DNA from: Clostridia bacterium
Lineage (GTDB): Bacteria; Bacillota; Clostridia; UMGS1883
NCBI GenBank assembly: GCA_051866635.1
Contig: JBJDXJ010000052.1
Coordinates: 30,440-94,439 of the forward strand
Direction of reading: 5' to 3'
Length of the DNA stretch: 64,000 bases
Both the position numbers and the translations under genes were made by a program. This document shows, one piece after another, positions 28,215 through 39,395 of the stretch. Position 1 is the stretch's first letter. Every line of letters starts with the position of its first letter. The notes under the pieces are model-generated. The model ran no database searches and was not told where the DNA came from. It saw only the letters and a list, made by a program, of their open reading frames with translations.

Positions 28215-29246
28215 ATGAGTGAAAGTTATAAGAATGCCGGCGTTGACGTTGAAGCCGGTTATGAAGCTGTCAGATTGATGAAGGCTGATGTTAAGAAAAC
28301 ATTTATTGATGGTGTTATGGGCGATATAGGTGGTTTTGGCGGATTGTTCTCCCTTAACAAGGATGAATATGAAGAACCTGTTTTGGTGTCCGGTACAGAC
28401 GGTGTAGGAACAAAGCTTCGCCTTGCTTTTATTGCTGACAAGCACGACACTGTTGGTATTGATGCTGTTGCAATGTGCGTTAATGACGTTGTATGTAGCG
28501 GTGCTAAGCCTCTTTTCTTCCTTGACTATGTTGCAGTAGGTAAAAATGTGCCCGAAAAGGTTGCAACAATTGTAAAGGGTGTAGCTGACGGCTGTGTTCA
28601 GGCAGGCTGTGCTCTTGTAGGCGGTGAAACTGCGGAAATGCCCGGTTTTTACCCTGTTGATGAATATGACATTGCAGGCTTTACTGTAGGTATTGTTGAC
28701 AAAAAGAAGATTATCGACGGCAGTAAGCTCACTGAAGGTGATGCACTTATAGGCATTGCATCTTCAGGTGTTCATTCAAACGGTTTTTCTCTTGTAAGAA
28801 AGGTTTTTGATATAACAGAGGGCAACGAAAAACTCAATGAATATGTTGATTCTTTAGGCGATACACTTCTTAACACACTGCTTACACCTACAAAGATTTA
28901 CGTTAAGAGTGCGTTGAAACTTATTGAAGAATGTGATGTAAAGGCAATTTCTCACATTACAGGCGGTGGCTTCTATGAAAACATTCCCAGGATGTTAACA
29001 GGTGGCTTTAAGGCAGTTATAAAGAAGGACTCCTTTGAAATTCTTCCTATATTCAAGCTTTTACAGGAAACAGGAAATATCCCCGAAAGAGATATGTTCA
29101 ACACATTTAACATGGGTATCGGTATGATTGCCGCTGTTTCTAAAGAAGACGCACAAAAGGCTGTTGATGTTCTTACTGCCATGGGCGAAAAGGCATACAT
29201 CATAGGAGAAGTTAAAAAAGGCGAAAACGGAGTAGAACTTATATGA
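28215..29246 (+). CDS. purM: AIR synthase
   Basis: [39 protein letters not shown]. Confidence 0.97.
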   Translation: MSESYKNAGVDVEAGYEAVRLMKADVKKTFIDGVMGDIGGFGGLFSLNKDEYEEPVLVSGTDGVGTKLRLAFIADKHDTVGIDAVAMCVNDVVCSGAKPLFFLDYVAVGKNVPEKVATIVKGVADGCVQAGCALVGGETAEMPGFYPVDEYDIAGFTVGIVDKKKIIDGSKLTEGDALIGIASSGVHSNGFSLVRKVFDITEGNEKLNEYVDSLGDTLLNTLLTPTKIYVKSALKLIEECDVKAISHITGGGFYENIPRMLTGGFKAVIKKDSFEILPIFKLLQETGNIPERDMFNTFNMGIGMIAAVSKEDAQKAVDVLTAMGEKAYIIGEVKKGENGVELI

Positions 29247-29833
29247 AAAGAATAGGTGTACTTGTATCAGGCGGTGGTACAAATCTCCAGGCGATTATTG
29301 ACGCTTGTGAAAACGGCACTATTAAATCCGGAAAGGTTGTTACCGTTGTTTCAAATAAAAAGGATGTATACGCCTTAGAAAGGGCAAAAAATGCGGGCAT
29401 TGAGGGCGTGGTTATAGAAAAGAAATCCTTTGATTCTTTAGCTGAATTTGATAAGGCTCTGTGCGACCACATGAAATCAAGGAATGTTGACCTTATTGTT
29501 ATGGCAGGCTTTTTATGCATAGTAGGGGATAAGTTTATAGGGGAGTTTGAAAACAGAATTATAAACATTCATCCTTCACTTATTCCTTCTTTCTGCGGTG
29601 CAGGCTTTTACGGATTAAAGGTTCATGAAGCGGCATTAAACTACGGTGTAAAGGTGTCAGGTGCCACTGTACACTATGTAACAGGCGTTGTTGACGGTGG
29701 TAAGATTATTAAGCAAAAGGCTGTATATGTTCAAGAGGGTGATACCCCCGAAACACTTCAGAAACGTATTATGGAAGAAGCAGAGTGGAAAATTCTTCCC
29801 GAGGCAATTGAAGAAATTTGTGCATCAATATAA
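29243..29833 (+). CDS. purN: Phosphoribosylglycinamide formyltransferase
   Basis: [26 protein letters not shown]. Confidence 0.97.
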   Translation: MKRIGVLVSGGGTNLQAIIDACENGTIKSGKVVTVVSNKKDVYALERAKNAGIEGVVIEKKSFDSLAEFDKALCDHMKSRNVDLIVMAGFLCIVGDKFIGEFENRIINIHPSLIPSFCGAGFYGLKVHEAALNYGVKVSGATVHYVTGVVDGGKIIKQKAVYVQEGDTPETLQKRIMEEAEWKILPEAIEEICASI

Positions 29834-29850
29834 AAGAAAGGACAGTTGAA

Positions 29851-30555
29851 ATGATACTTTCAGAAGAACTTAAAAATAATTCGTACCCGGGACGAGGTAT
29901 TGTAATAGGTAAAAGTGCATGCGGTAAGTATGCGGTTACGGCATATTTTATAATGGGCAGAAGCGAAAACAGCAGAAACAGGGTTTTTGTAGAAGATGGA
30001 GAAGGCATAAGAACAGAAGCCTTTGACCCTTCCAAGCTTACAGACCCACATTTGATTATTTATGCTCCTGTAAGGGTTTTGGGCAACAAAACCATAGTGA
30101 CAAACGGTGACCAGACTGATACAATCTATGAACTTATGGATCAGCAGTTGACATTTGAACAGGCACTTCGTACACGTGAATTTGAAGATGATGCCCCCAA
30201 CTACACACCAAGAATTTCAGGCATATTAAAAGTGGAAAACGGAAATTACAGCTATGCAATGAGTATTCTTAAAAGTAATAACGGCAACCCAAAGTCATGC
30301 CAAAGATTTACATTCTCTTATAAAAATCCCGTAAACGGTGAAGGTCACTTTATTCACACATATATGGGCGACGGAAGTCCCCTTCCTTCTTTTAAGGGCG
30401 AGCCTAAGGATGTTGTTATAAATGAGGACATTGACTCTTTTACAAACACAATCTGGAATTCTTTAAACGAAGAAAATAAGGTGTCTCTCTTTGTGCGTTA
30501 CATAAATATTAACGACGGAACATATGAAACACGTATTATAAACAAAAATAAGTAA
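29851..30555 (+). CDS. Stand-alone IMP cyclohydrolase (PurO-like)
   Basis: YPGRGI, MGRSENSRNR, TNGDQTD, DAPNYTPRISG; inside the pur operon. Confidence 0.88.
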   Translation: MILSEELKNNSYPGRGIVIGKSACGKYAVTAYFIMGRSENSRNRVFVEDGEGIRTEAFDPSKLTDPHLIIYAPVRVLGNKTIVTNGDQTDTIYELMDQQLTFEQALRTREFEDDAPNYTPRISGILKVENGNYSYAMSILKSNNGNPKSCQRFTFSYKNPVNGEGHFIHTYMGDGSPLPSFKGEPKDVVINEDIDSFTNTIWNSLNEENKVSLFVRYININDGTYETRIINKNK

Positions 30556-30566
30556 GGAGAAAGAAC

Positions 30567-31739
30567 ATGAATTCTATGCAGTTAAAATACGGTTGTAACC
30601 CCAACCAGACGCCTTCTCGCGTTTATGTTGAAAACGGCGAGCTTCCCATTGAAGTTTTAAACGGTAACCCCGGTTATATAAATCTTCTTGACGCTTTTAA
30701 CGGCTGGCAGCTTGTAAGAGAGCTTAAGAAGGCAACCGGACTTCCTGCGGCTACAAGCTTTAAGCACGTTTCCCCTGCAGGTGCGGCTGTTGGTGAGCCT
30801 CTTTCCGACACATTGAAAAAGATTTACTTCGTGGAAGATAAAGAGCTTTCACCATTGGCATGTGCATACGCACGAGCAAGAGGTGCTGACAGAATGAGTT
30901 CCTTTGGTGATTTTGTTGCACTCAGCGATGTATGTGATGTGCCCACAGCTATGCTTTTAAAGCCTGAAGTAAGTGACGGTATTATTGCCCCCGGTTATGA
31001 ACCTGAAGCACTTGAGATTTTAAAAAGCAAAAGAAGAGGAACATACAATATTATTAAAATTGATGAAAACTACAAGCCTGACCCTATTGAACGCAAGCAG
31101 GTGTTCGGTGTTACATTTGAACAGGGCAGAAACGAGCTTGACATAAACGCTGATATGCTTACAGAAGTTGTCACAGAGAATAAAGAAATTCCGGATAGTG
31201 CAAAGCGTGACCTACTTATTGCACTTATTACACTTAAGTATACACAGTCCAACTCCGTTTGCTATGCGAAGGACGGACAGGCTATAGGTATCGGTGCAGG
31301 TCAGCAAAGTAGAATTCACTGTACACGTCTTGCCGGCAGTAAAGCTGACAACTGGTGGCTTCGTCAGTCTCCCCGGGTTCTTAATCTTAAGTTTTTGGAA
31401 ACAGTTGGTAAACCTGACAGAGACAACGCCATTGACGTATATATGTCCGATGATTATATGGATGTTTTAGCTGACGGTGTATGGGAAAACATTTTTGCAG
31501 AAAAGCCCCCTGTTTTCACACGTGAGGAAAAGAGAGCATGGCTTGATAAGAATACTAATGTTGCACTGGGTTCCGATGCGTTCTTCCCCTTTGGTGACAA
31601 CATTGAAAGAGCTTATAAGAGTGGTGTTAAATATATTGCACAGCCCGGCGGAAGTAAGCGTGACGATATAGTTATTGAAACATGCAATCGTTTCGGTATT
31701 GCAATGTGTATGACACATAACAGATTGTTCCATCATTGA
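30567..31739 (+). CDS. AICAR transformylase (PurH C-terminal domain only)
   Basis: LKYGCNPNQ, SFKHVSPAG, SSFGDF, GAGQQSR, SDAFFPF, QPGGS; lacks the N-terminal IMP cyclohydrolase domain. Confidence 0.93.
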   Translation: MNSMQLKYGCNPNQTPSRVYVENGELPIEVLNGNPGYINLLDAFNGWQLVRELKKATGLPAATSFKHVSPAGAAVGEPLSDTLKKIYFVEDKELSPLACAYARARGADRMSSFGDFVALSDVCDVPTAMLLKPEVSDGIIAPGYEPEALEILKSKRRGTYNIIKIDENYKPDPIERKQVFGVTFEQGRNELDINADMLTEVVTENKEIPDSAKRDLLIALITLKYTQSNSVCYAKDGQAIGIGAGQQSRIHCTRLAGSKADNWWLRQSPRVLNLKFLETVGKPDRDNAIDVYMSDDYMDVLADGVWENIFAEKPPVFTREEKRAWLDKNTNVALGSDAFFPFGDNIERAYKSGVKYIAQPGGSKRDDIVIETCNRFGIAMCMTHNRLFHH

Positions 31740-31754
31740 TTTTGGAGGTACGCA

Positions 31755-33020
31755 ATGAAAGTTTTAGTTGTAGGTGGCGGCGGACGAGAACATACAATTG
31801 TATGGAAGCTTTCCCAAAGCCCTAAGGTTGATAAAATCTACTGTGCCCCGGGCAATGCAGGAATTGCTTCTTTGGCACAATGTGTTCCGATAAAAGCTAC
31901 AGATGTTGACAAAATGGTTGATTTTGCGGCAGAAAATAAAATAGATATGGTAATGGTTGCACCTGACGACCCCCTTGTTCTCGGTATGGTTGATGCTATG
32001 GAGGAAAAGGGTATAAGAGCCTTCGGTCCCAAGAAAAATGCGGCTATTATCGAAGGAAGTAAGGTTTTCTCCAAGGACCTTATGAAAAAGTACAACATTC
32101 CCACAGCAAAGTACGAAGTATTTGACAATGCGGAAGAAGCAATTAAATACCTTCAAACCGCACCTATCCCTACAGTTATCAAGGCTGAAGGTCTGGCACT
32201 GGGTAAGGGTGTTATTATTGCAAATACATTAGAAGAAGCTGAAAAAGCCGTCCACGATATGATGGAAGACAAGGTTTTCGGTAACGCCGGTAGCCGAATT
32301 GTCATCGAAGAGTTTTTGACAGGTCCCGAAGTTTCCGTTCTTGCTTTTACAGACGGTAAAACAATTAAGCCCATGGTTTCAGCTCAGGACCATAAGCGTG
32401 CTTATGACAATGATCAGGGCTTGAATACAGGCGGTATGGGAACTTTTTCTCCCTCAAGGATTTATGACGAAAAAATGGCTGAGGAATGTATGAATAACAT
32501 CTTCCTTCCTACAATGGATGCCATGAACAAAGAGGGCAGAACCTTCAAGGGTGTTTTGTATTTCGGACTTATGGCAACAAAAGACGGTGTAAAGGTTATT
32601 GAATATAACTGCCGTTTCGGCGACCCGGAAACACAGGTTGTTCTTCCTCGTCTTGAAAGTGACTTGTATGAAATTTTTGACGCAATCATTGACGAAAGAC
32701 TTTCGGAAATTGACATAAAGTGGCGTGATGGCGGTGCTGTGTGCGTTGTTTGTGCAAGTGGCGGTTACCCTGTTAAATATGACTCAGGCTTTGAAATTAC
32801 AGGAATTTCTGATGCAGAAGCATTGGGCGATATTACAGTTTTCCATGCAGGCACAAAAATGCAGGACGGTAAGCTGGTTACGGCAGGCGGCAGAGTTTTA
32901 GGTGTTACAGCTGTTGCAGACAGCCTTGACAATGCCATTGTAAAAGCATACGAGGGTGTTAAGAAAATACATTTCGATAAAATGCATTACAGAAATGATA
33001 TTGGTATAAAAAAGTATTGA
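31755..33020 (+). CDS. purD: Phosphoribosylamine-glycine ligase
   Basis: GGGGREH, APGNAG, GKGV, QDHKR, NTGGMG, RFGDPETQ. Confidence 0.97.
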   Translation: MKVLVVGGGGREHTIVWKLSQSPKVDKIYCAPGNAGIASLAQCVPIKATDVDKMVDFAAENKIDMVMVAPDDPLVLGMVDAMEEKGIRAFGPKKNAAIIEGSKVFSKDLMKKYNIPTAKYEVFDNAEEAIKYLQTAPIPTVIKAEGLALGKGVIIANTLEEAEKAVHDMMEDKVFGNAGSRIVIEEFLTGPEVSVLAFTDGKTIKPMVSAQDHKRAYDNDQGLNTGGMGTFSPSRIYDEKMAEECMNNIFLPTMDAMNKEGRTFKGVLYFGLMATKDGVKVIEYNCRFGDPETQVVLPRLESDLYEIFDAIIDERLSEIDIKWRDGGAVCVVCASGGYPVKYDSGFEITGISDAEALGDITVFHAGTKMQDGKLVTAGGRVLGVTAVADSLDNAIVKAYEGVKKIHFDKMHYRNDIGIKKY

Positions 33021-33021
33021 T

Positions 33022-34155
33022 ATGAACAAGAATACACAAAATAAAATTTCATTTTTCCTTTCCGTTCTGGAAGAAAGGTTTCAGAACGGAGAGGAATATT
33101 TCCTCGGTATTGATATAAGCTTTAAATCAGGTACAAAGTCATTCCCTGCAAAGGCTGTAAAAGAAGGGGATAGCTTCATATTTATTCACAATGCACAAAA
33201 AAGTGATTTCAGTTGGAGTTTGATACCTAAGGCGGCTGAAAACTATGACTCTATGCACCTTGTTTACAAAGAACGTGGTACAAATGCAGTTATAGATGCC
33301 AACGACAGAAATGTTACTTTAAAATATGAGGATTCTGCCAAGGAAGAAGAGGAGGTTACCTCAACTGTCAAAAATAGTCGTAATTATCTCATAAAACCAC
33401 CTAAGGCAAATGTGCTTTTAAAGGAAATAGGCATTATGGGCGAAAACGGGAAAATCAAGAACGATATGGTCAGAAAGTATAACCAGATTGACCATTTTGT
33501 TGAATTAATCTCTGACCATTTAAAGCGTCTTGAGGGCAAGGTAGAGGTACTGGATTGTGCTTGCGGAAAAAGCTATCTTTCTTTTGCTTTAAATTACTAT
33601 CTTAAAGATGTATTAAAGAAAGAATGTCACGTTACAGGTGTTGACTATTCGGATATAGTAATTAACGCTTCAAAAAAGAGTGCTGAAAACATGGGCTATT
33701 CAAATATGACATTTGTTAAGGCAGATTTAACCGATTATAAGGTTACAACGCCTCCCGACGTTGTAATAAGCCTTCATGCCTGCGACATTGCAACCGATAT
33801 GGCCATTGCGGCAGGTATAAATAACGGTGCGAAGGCTATTTTTGCAGTTCCCTGTTGCCATAAAGAGCTTTTGGGTCAGTTCTCTTACAGTGAATTTGCC
33901 CCCCTTTTAAAGCACGGCATATTCAAAGCGAGAATGGCTGATTTGTTAACTGACAGCCTAAGATGCCTTTTGTTGGAGGCAAGCGGATATACCGTTACTG
34001 CCCAGGAGTATATTTCCCCTGTTGAAACACCGAAAAACCTTTTGATAAAGGCATTCCGTGATGGAAAAAGGCAAAAGGAAGCCAGGGAAGAATATTTCAG
34101 GTTAAAAGAAATATTATCCGTTACCCCAAAACTTGAAACACTTATAAAATTATAA
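33022..34155 (+). CDS. Class I SAM-dependent methyltransferase
   Basis: VLDCACGKSYL, SLHACDIATD, VPCCH, TPKN. Confidence 0.88.
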   Translation: MNKNTQNKISFFLSVLEERFQNGEEYFLGIDISFKSGTKSFPAKAVKEGDSFIFIHNAQKSDFSWSLIPKAAENYDSMHLVYKERGTNAVIDANDRNVTLKYEDSAKEEEEVTSTVKNSRNYLIKPPKANVLLKEIGIMGENGKIKNDMVRKYNQIDHFVELISDHLKRLEGKVEVLDCACGKSYLSFALNYYLKDVLKKECHVTGVDYSDIVINASKKSAENMGYSNMTFVKADLTDYKVTTPPDVVISLHACDIATDMAIAAGINNGAKAIFAVPCCHKELLGQFSYSEFAPLLKHGIFKARMADLLTDSLRCLLLEASGYTVTAQEYISPVETPKNLLIKAFRDGKRQKEAREEYFRLKEILSVTPKLETLIKL

Positions 34156-34167
34156 GAGGTAATAAGT

Positions 34168-34710
34168 ATGAAACTGATGTTTGCGTCGGACATACACGGA
34201 AGTGAATATTACTTGGAAAAGCTCGCTTGTAAATACAACGAGCTTTCTTTCGATAAAATGATACTTTTAGGGGATATTCTTTATCATGGACCAAGGAATG
34301 ATTTACCCGAGGGGTATAATCCTAAAGGTGTAATTTCTATTCTTAACGAAATGAGCAGTGAAATACTTTCTGTCAGAGGTAACTGCGAAGCAGAAGTTGA
34401 CCAGATGGTTCTGGATTTTTCCTGCATGAGTGACAGTTTAATTATGTATGATAAAGGCAAAATGTTCTTTATTACTCATGGTCACTTGTTTAACACTAAA
34501 AATCCCCCAAAATTGAAATCAGGTGATATTCTAATCCACGGACACACTCACATACAGACTGTTGAAAAGTTCAATGATAATCTGTATATAAATCCGGGAA
34601 GTGTATCTATCCCTAAAGAGAATAATCCGCCATCATTTATGATTTATGAGGATGGGTTGTTTACCATATATGATTTTGATATGAATGTTTTAAACAAAGT
34701 ATCAATATAA
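34168..34710 (+). CDS. YfcE-family phosphodiesterase
   Basis: SDIHG, GDILYHGPRN, RGNCE, THGH, GHTH, NPGS. Confidence 0.92.
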   Translation: MKLMFASDIHGSEYYLEKLACKYNELSFDKMILLGDILYHGPRNDLPEGYNPKGVISILNEMSSEILSVRGNCEAEVDQMVLDFSCMSDSLIMYDKGKMFFITHGHLFNTKNPPKLKSGDILIHGHTHIQTVEKFNDNLYINPGSVSIPKENNPPSFMIYEDGLFTIYDFDMNVLNKVSI

Positions 34711-34732
34711 ATGCAGTGGAGCAGCAAAAAAT

Positions 34733-36613
34733 ATGAGAAAGCTGTTTGATAAAGTTCTTGATGTTATTTCGTTCGGGTTATATACCAGACCCTTAGCATC
34801 ATTTTCAATAGTATTTTTTATATTTTCTGTTATGAGGTTGTATGTTTCTGTACAACCTCTGTTTGTATGTGCATTTTTATTAGGTATGTTATTGATCACC
34901 TTAAATTTACGTGGTAAGATCGATAATTTTATTACGGTTTTTATATTCATAGCCGCATTATTAAGTATTTGCATATCTAATAAATCTGTATTAAATACAC
35001 AAAGTGTAATGGAAACTTTCCATTTTACTCATGTACGTGTGGAAGGAAGGATAAGCTCTGTTCCCGATGTAAGCGAAAGAAGAACCACGTTTTACGTAAA
35101 TGCAGATAATATTTACTCTGACAGTGGTAAAAGCGGCGAAAACATTAAAGTTTATGTAATTGCAAAAGAAAACTATTTTAAATATGGTGATGAAATAGTT
35201 TTTAACGGCTACTTAACTAAAACAGCCGAAACAGTATATTATCTTGCAAAAGGTGCCCCCTTAAAAGCTAATAACGTTACGGTATTAAGAGTGAACCGTG
35301 GGAAATTTCCTTTCAATATCATTGCAAATTTAAAGAACAACGCACTTGAAGTAAGTGATAAAATTTTAAGCGATGAAGGTAAAATGCTTTTTAAAGCAAT
35401 TGCTTTAGGAGATAAAACAGGCTTTTCCGAAGAATTTTCCGATAAGCTGACAAAGGCGGGAATATCTCACATTGCCTGTGTGTCAGGATTACATGTTTCT
35501 TTGGTGGGTATGGGCGTGTATATGCTGTTAAAAAGGAAAAAGTATTTAGCTTTCTTGTTATCCGTTGGAAGTGTAGTTTTGTTTACCGTCATTACCGGTG
35601 CGGCACCATCTACTGTACGTGCCGCAATAATGTTTACGGTTTACATTTTTTCAAAGGTAAGCATGAGACAAAACGACAGCTTCACGACACTTAGTCTTTC
35701 GGCTATGATTTTAATTGCAATAAATCCGTATGTAATTTATGATTGGGGTTTTGTACTTTCGTTTTTGAGCGTTCTGGGGATAGAGGTTTTTTATAATGAT
35801 TTACATAATGCACTAAAATTTTTACCGGGATATTTTGGCGAATCAATAGCTGTAACACTATCGGCTCAGATAATGACTTTCCCTGCAATTACAATAATAT
35901 TTGGTAGGATTTCAGCTTATTCAGTTCTCTCGAATATAGTTATTTCGGCTATATTTACAACTGTTCTCTATTTATGCATAATCTTTGTTTTCGTGTCGAA
36001 CATACCCGGTGTAAACATACTGTTTTCATCCCTGTGCAACCTTTTTCTTGATGCAGTATGTGCAATTGCAAACCTTTTTTGTGATATGCCCTATAGTTAT
36101 ATCGGGATTAACAGCTTTAACATAACGGAAGTTGTCTGTTATTACGCCCTTATAGTCATTTATGTTTTCAAAAAGAAAATGTGTGATGTTTTGTTCTATT
36201 TAGCTATGGCTTTGTGTGCAATTGTGTTATGTGTAAATTTCTATAATAAGACCCTTGCAGATAAACGCTATGATGTAGGCGAAAATTCATATATTGTTTT
36301 ATCAAATGAAACATCCTTCTTAGTTTGTAATGATGATTTGAAATATGTAAAAGACGATATTTTGCAGTGGGGAAGAGAATTTGATGTTGACTTTATTATT
36401 ACAGTAAACAATGTAAACGGTCTGGAAAATGAGCTTAAGGCACTGCAAAAACTGGTTTGTGCGGAAAAAGTGTATATTAATGAGATTTATACTACTTCTG
36501 ATTTTCTGCGTTTTTCAGAAAGAGAAAATATTAAAGTTGAGGAATATCCTGAAAACAGAAGTATAGAAGATGTTATTGCATTTGCCGCAAAAGACAAGGA
36601 TATGCAATCGTAG
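34733..36613 (+). CDS. comEC: ComEC/Rec2-family competence protein
   Basis: GISHIACVSGLHV, RAAIM, NPY...GFVLSF; OB-like domain before the competence domain. Confidence 0.85.
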   Translation: MRKLFDKVLDVISFGLYTRPLASFSIVFFIFSVMRLYVSVQPLFVCAFLLGMLLITLNLRGKIDNFITVFIFIAALLSICISNKSVLNTQSVMETFHFTHVRVEGRISSVPDVSERRTTFYVNADNIYSDSGKSGENIKVYVIAKENYFKYGDEIVFNGYLTKTAETVYYLAKGAPLKANNVTVLRVNRGKFPFNIIANLKNNALEVSDKILSDEGKMLFKAIALGDKTGFSEEFSDKLTKAGISHIACVSGLHVSLVGMGVYMLLKRKKYLAFLLSVGSVVLFTVITGAAPSTVRAAIMFTVYIFSKVSMRQNDSFTTLSLSAMILIAINPYVIYDWGFVLSFLSVLGIEVFYNDLHNALKFLPGYFGESIAVTLSAQIMTFPAITIIFGRISAYSVLSNIVISAIFTTVLYLCIIFVFVSNIPGVNILFSSLCNLFLDAVCAIANLFCDMPYSYIGINSFNITEVVCYYALIVIYVFKKKMCDVLFYLAMALCAIVLCVNFYNKTLADKRYDVGENSYIVLSNETSFLVCNDDLKYVKDDILQWGREFDVDFIITVNNVNGLENELKALQKLVCAEKVYINEIYTTSDFLRFSERENIKVEEYPENRSIEDVIAFAAKDKDMQS

Positions 36614-36707
36614 ATGTATAAAGCGTTTTAGCACATTGAACACCTTGACTTTGGTATATAAAAATGATATAATTAATAAACTAAATATATCCGATAGGGG
36701 CGATTTA

Positions 36708-38003
36708 ATGTTTTTGGAAGGACAAGGTGTGAATGATTTAAATCATTTCACAATTGGCGGATGCGACAGCGTAGAGCTTTGCGAAAAATACGGAACTCCG
36801 CTTTATGTTATAGATGAAAATGTAGTGAGAAATCACTGTAAATTATATAAAAACTCTGTTGATGAATATTATAACGGCAAAGGCCTTGTGTTTTTTGCAT
36901 CAAAGGCTCTCTGTAATAAAGAGATAATTCGCACTGTAAAAAGCGAAGGCTTAGGCTGTGATGCTGTATCTTCAGGTGAGTTGTACACGGCTCTTTGTGC
37001 AGGGATGGAGCCTGAAAAAATATGCTTACACGGTAACAACAAAACAGAAGAAGAATTAAGATTTGCCATAAGTAATTTGGTTGGAAGAATTGTTGTTGAC
37101 AACATTTCCGAATTGGAGAAAATTAATCGTATTGCAGAGGAATTTGAAGTTAAACAGAAGGTTTTATTCAGAATTAAACCCGGTATTGATGCACATACAC
37201 ATAACTTTATAATGACAGGTCAGATTGATTCAAAGTTTGGTTTCGCATTGGAAACAGGCGAGGCAAAGGATGCTGTTCTTAAGGCTATGACATACGAAAA
37301 CCTTCAGGTAGGCGGTGTTCACTGCCATATAGGCTCACAGATTTTTGAGGCTGAACCTTTTAAGGAAGCGGCAAAATTAATGGTGAATTTCATGGCGGAT
37401 ATTAAGGACGAAACAGGTTATGAAATGACCGAATTAAATCTTGGCGGAGGTTTCGGTGTAACATATACAGAAAAAGACGATCCTATAGAGTTTAACAAGT
37501 ATATCGAAGAAATCAGCGTTATTGTAAAAAATGAATGTGAAAAACGAAATTTATGTTTACCTTTCATAATGATGGAACCGGGAAGAAGCATTGTTGCTAC
37601 TGCCGGTGTAACATTATACACCGTAGGTGCCATAAAAGACATACCCAATATCCGCAGATACGTGTCTGTAGACGGTGGTATGTGTGATAACCCCAGATAT
37701 ATACTCTACCAGGCTGAATATACTGCCCTTGTGGCAAATAAAGCCGGTGACGAAAAGACCGTTGCGGTAACTTTAGCAGGAAAATGCTGTGAATCAGGGG
37801 ACCTTTTAGGCGAGAATATGAGAATTCAGCCCGTTGAAATAGGGGATAATATTGCAGTTCTTACAACAGGTGCATATAATTATTCCATGAGCTCCAATTA
37901 CAACAGAATTTGCCGTCCTCCTGTTGTAATGGTAAAAGACGGCGTTGACAGAATAGCTGTAAAAAGAGAAACTTTTGAGGATTTGATAAGAAATGACATA
38001 TAA
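36708..38003 (+). CDS. lysA: Diaminopimelate decarboxylase
   Basis: YGTPLY, ASKA, SKFG, HCHIGSQ, NLGGG, EPGRS, CCESGD, GAY. Confidence 0.96.
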   Translation: MFLEGQGVNDLNHFTIGGCDSVELCEKYGTPLYVIDENVVRNHCKLYKNSVDEYYNGKGLVFFASKALCNKEIIRTVKSEGLGCDAVSSGELYTALCAGMEPEKICLHGNNKTEEELRFAISNLVGRIVVDNISELEKINRIAEEFEVKQKVLFRIKPGIDAHTHNFIMTGQIDSKFGFALETGEAKDAVLKAMTYENLQVGGVHCHIGSQIFEAEPFKEAAKLMVNFMADIKDETGYEMTELNLGGGFGVTYTEKDDPIEFNKYIEEISVIVKNECEKRNLCLPFIMMEPGRSIVATAGVTLYTVGAIKDIPNIRRYVSVDGGMCDNPRYILYQAEYTALVANKAGDEKTVAVTLAGKCCESGDLLGENMRIQPVEIGDNIAVLTTGAYNYSMSSNYNRICRPPVVMVKDGVDRIAVKRETFEDLIRNDI

Positions 38004-38634
38004 CATTATTAGTTTACTTCAAAACTTTATAGTTCTGTTTACTGCAATAACCGTGCATGAATATTCACATGGTTTGGTTGCTTATAAATTAGGGGATCCA
38101 ACTGCAAAGTCGATGGGTAGATTAACACTTAATCCTATGGCACATCTTGACCCACTAGGTGCAATTATGATGGTTTTCTGCCGCTTTGGCTGGGCAAAAC
38201 CCGTTCCTGTAAATCCTTATTATTTTAAGGACCCAAAACGTGATATGGTCCTAGTTTCTTTTGCAGGACCTTTGTCTAATCTGTTATTGGCTTTTTGTGT
38301 GGCAACAGTTTTTCCTTTTGCAATCAAACTGATACCCGGTGGAGATGTCACCGATTTTTTGCTGGATTTATTAATAGCGTGTATGCAACTGAATATATCT
38401 TTTGCAGTATTTAACCTTATTCCGTTTCCACCACTTGATGGCAGTAAAATTTTGTTTGCAGTTTTGCCTAACCATGTTTATAATAAGTTTTTAACTTATG
38501 AAAGATATGGTATGATAGTTCTTCTTTTACTTTCTTTTACAGGTATTTTAGGCAGAATTTTAAATACTGTAATTCTCCCCATATGGAATTTGTATGTTAA
38601 CTGGATTAATTTCCTGTTATCGATTATAGCATAA
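37993..38634 (+). CDS. Site-2 protease family (M50) metalloprotease
   Basis: HEYSH, GDPT, AGPLSN, FNLIPFPPLDG. Confidence 0.93.
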   Translation: MTYNIISLLQNFIVLFTAITVHEYSHGLVAYKLGDPTAKSMGRLTLNPMAHLDPLGAIMMVFCRFGWAKPVPVNPYYFKDPKRDMVLVSFAGPLSNLLLAFCVATVFPFAIKLIPGGDVTDFLLDLLIACMQLNISFAVFNLIPFPPLDGSKILFAVLPNHVYNKFLTYERYGMIVLLLLSFTGILGRILNTVILPIWNLYVNWINFLLSIIA

Positions 38635-38645
38635 GGAGTATTTCC

Positions 38646-39395
38646 ATGAGCGATGTTTCCTTTAAGACAGCGGTTTTTGAAGGGCCGTTGGATTTATTGT
38701 TGCATCTTATTTCAAAAAATAAGGTCAGCATATACGATATTCCCATTTCGGAGATTACAGATCAATATTTTGAATATCTTCAGGAATGTGAAGCTATGGA
38801 TATGGAACTTTCAAGCGAGTTTGCCGTTATGGCATCCCAATTGTTGTACATTAAATCTAAGCTTCTGCTTCCTGTTCACGATGAAGAAGAGGAAGACCCC
38901 AGAGCAGAGCTTGTTGACAGACTTGAAGAGTATAAGCGTTATAAGGAGATTTCAAAACAGCTTGACGTTATGCAGCATGCAATGGATGACAGTGTGTTTA
39001 AATCTCCCGAAAACTTAGATATTCCTAAAGTTGTAATTGAAAATAAGACAATGAAGCCTGATTTATTATACGCTTCTTTTTTGATGATTATGGAGCGTAA
39101 TCTGGCAAAGAAACCTCTTTCACCAAAGAATTTCAGCGGTGTAATCGGAAAAAAGAGGGTTTCTATTCCTCATCAGTCAAGATATGTAATGCATCTTTTG
39201 AAATCAAAAAAGGAAGTATTATTTGAAGAAATCTTTGACTCGATGACTTCTAGAGGTGAAATGGTGGCAACTTTTATGGCTATACTAGAATTAATAAGGG
39301 ATAGTCACATGGTTGCACTTGAGGAAAATGGCAAAATTATTTGTCAAAGGTGTGATGATTTCGATGGATATGAATCAAGTGGTTCAGACGATTGA
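38646..39395 (+). CDS. scpA: Segregation/condensation protein A
   Basis: FEGPLDLLLHLI, IKSKLLLP, EDPR, TFMAILEL. Confidence 0.95.
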   Translation: MSDVSFKTAVFEGPLDLLLHLISKNKVSIYDIPISEITDQYFEYLQECEAMDMELSSEFAVMASQLLYIKSKLLLPVHDEEEEDPRAELVDRLEEYKRYKEISKQLDVMQHAMDDSVFKSPENLDIPKVVIENKTMKPDLLYASFLMIMERNLAKKPLSPKNFSGVIGKKRVSIPHQSRYVMHLLKSKKEVLFEEIFDSMTSRGEMVATFMAILELIRDSHMVALEENGKIICQRCDDFDGYESSGSDD

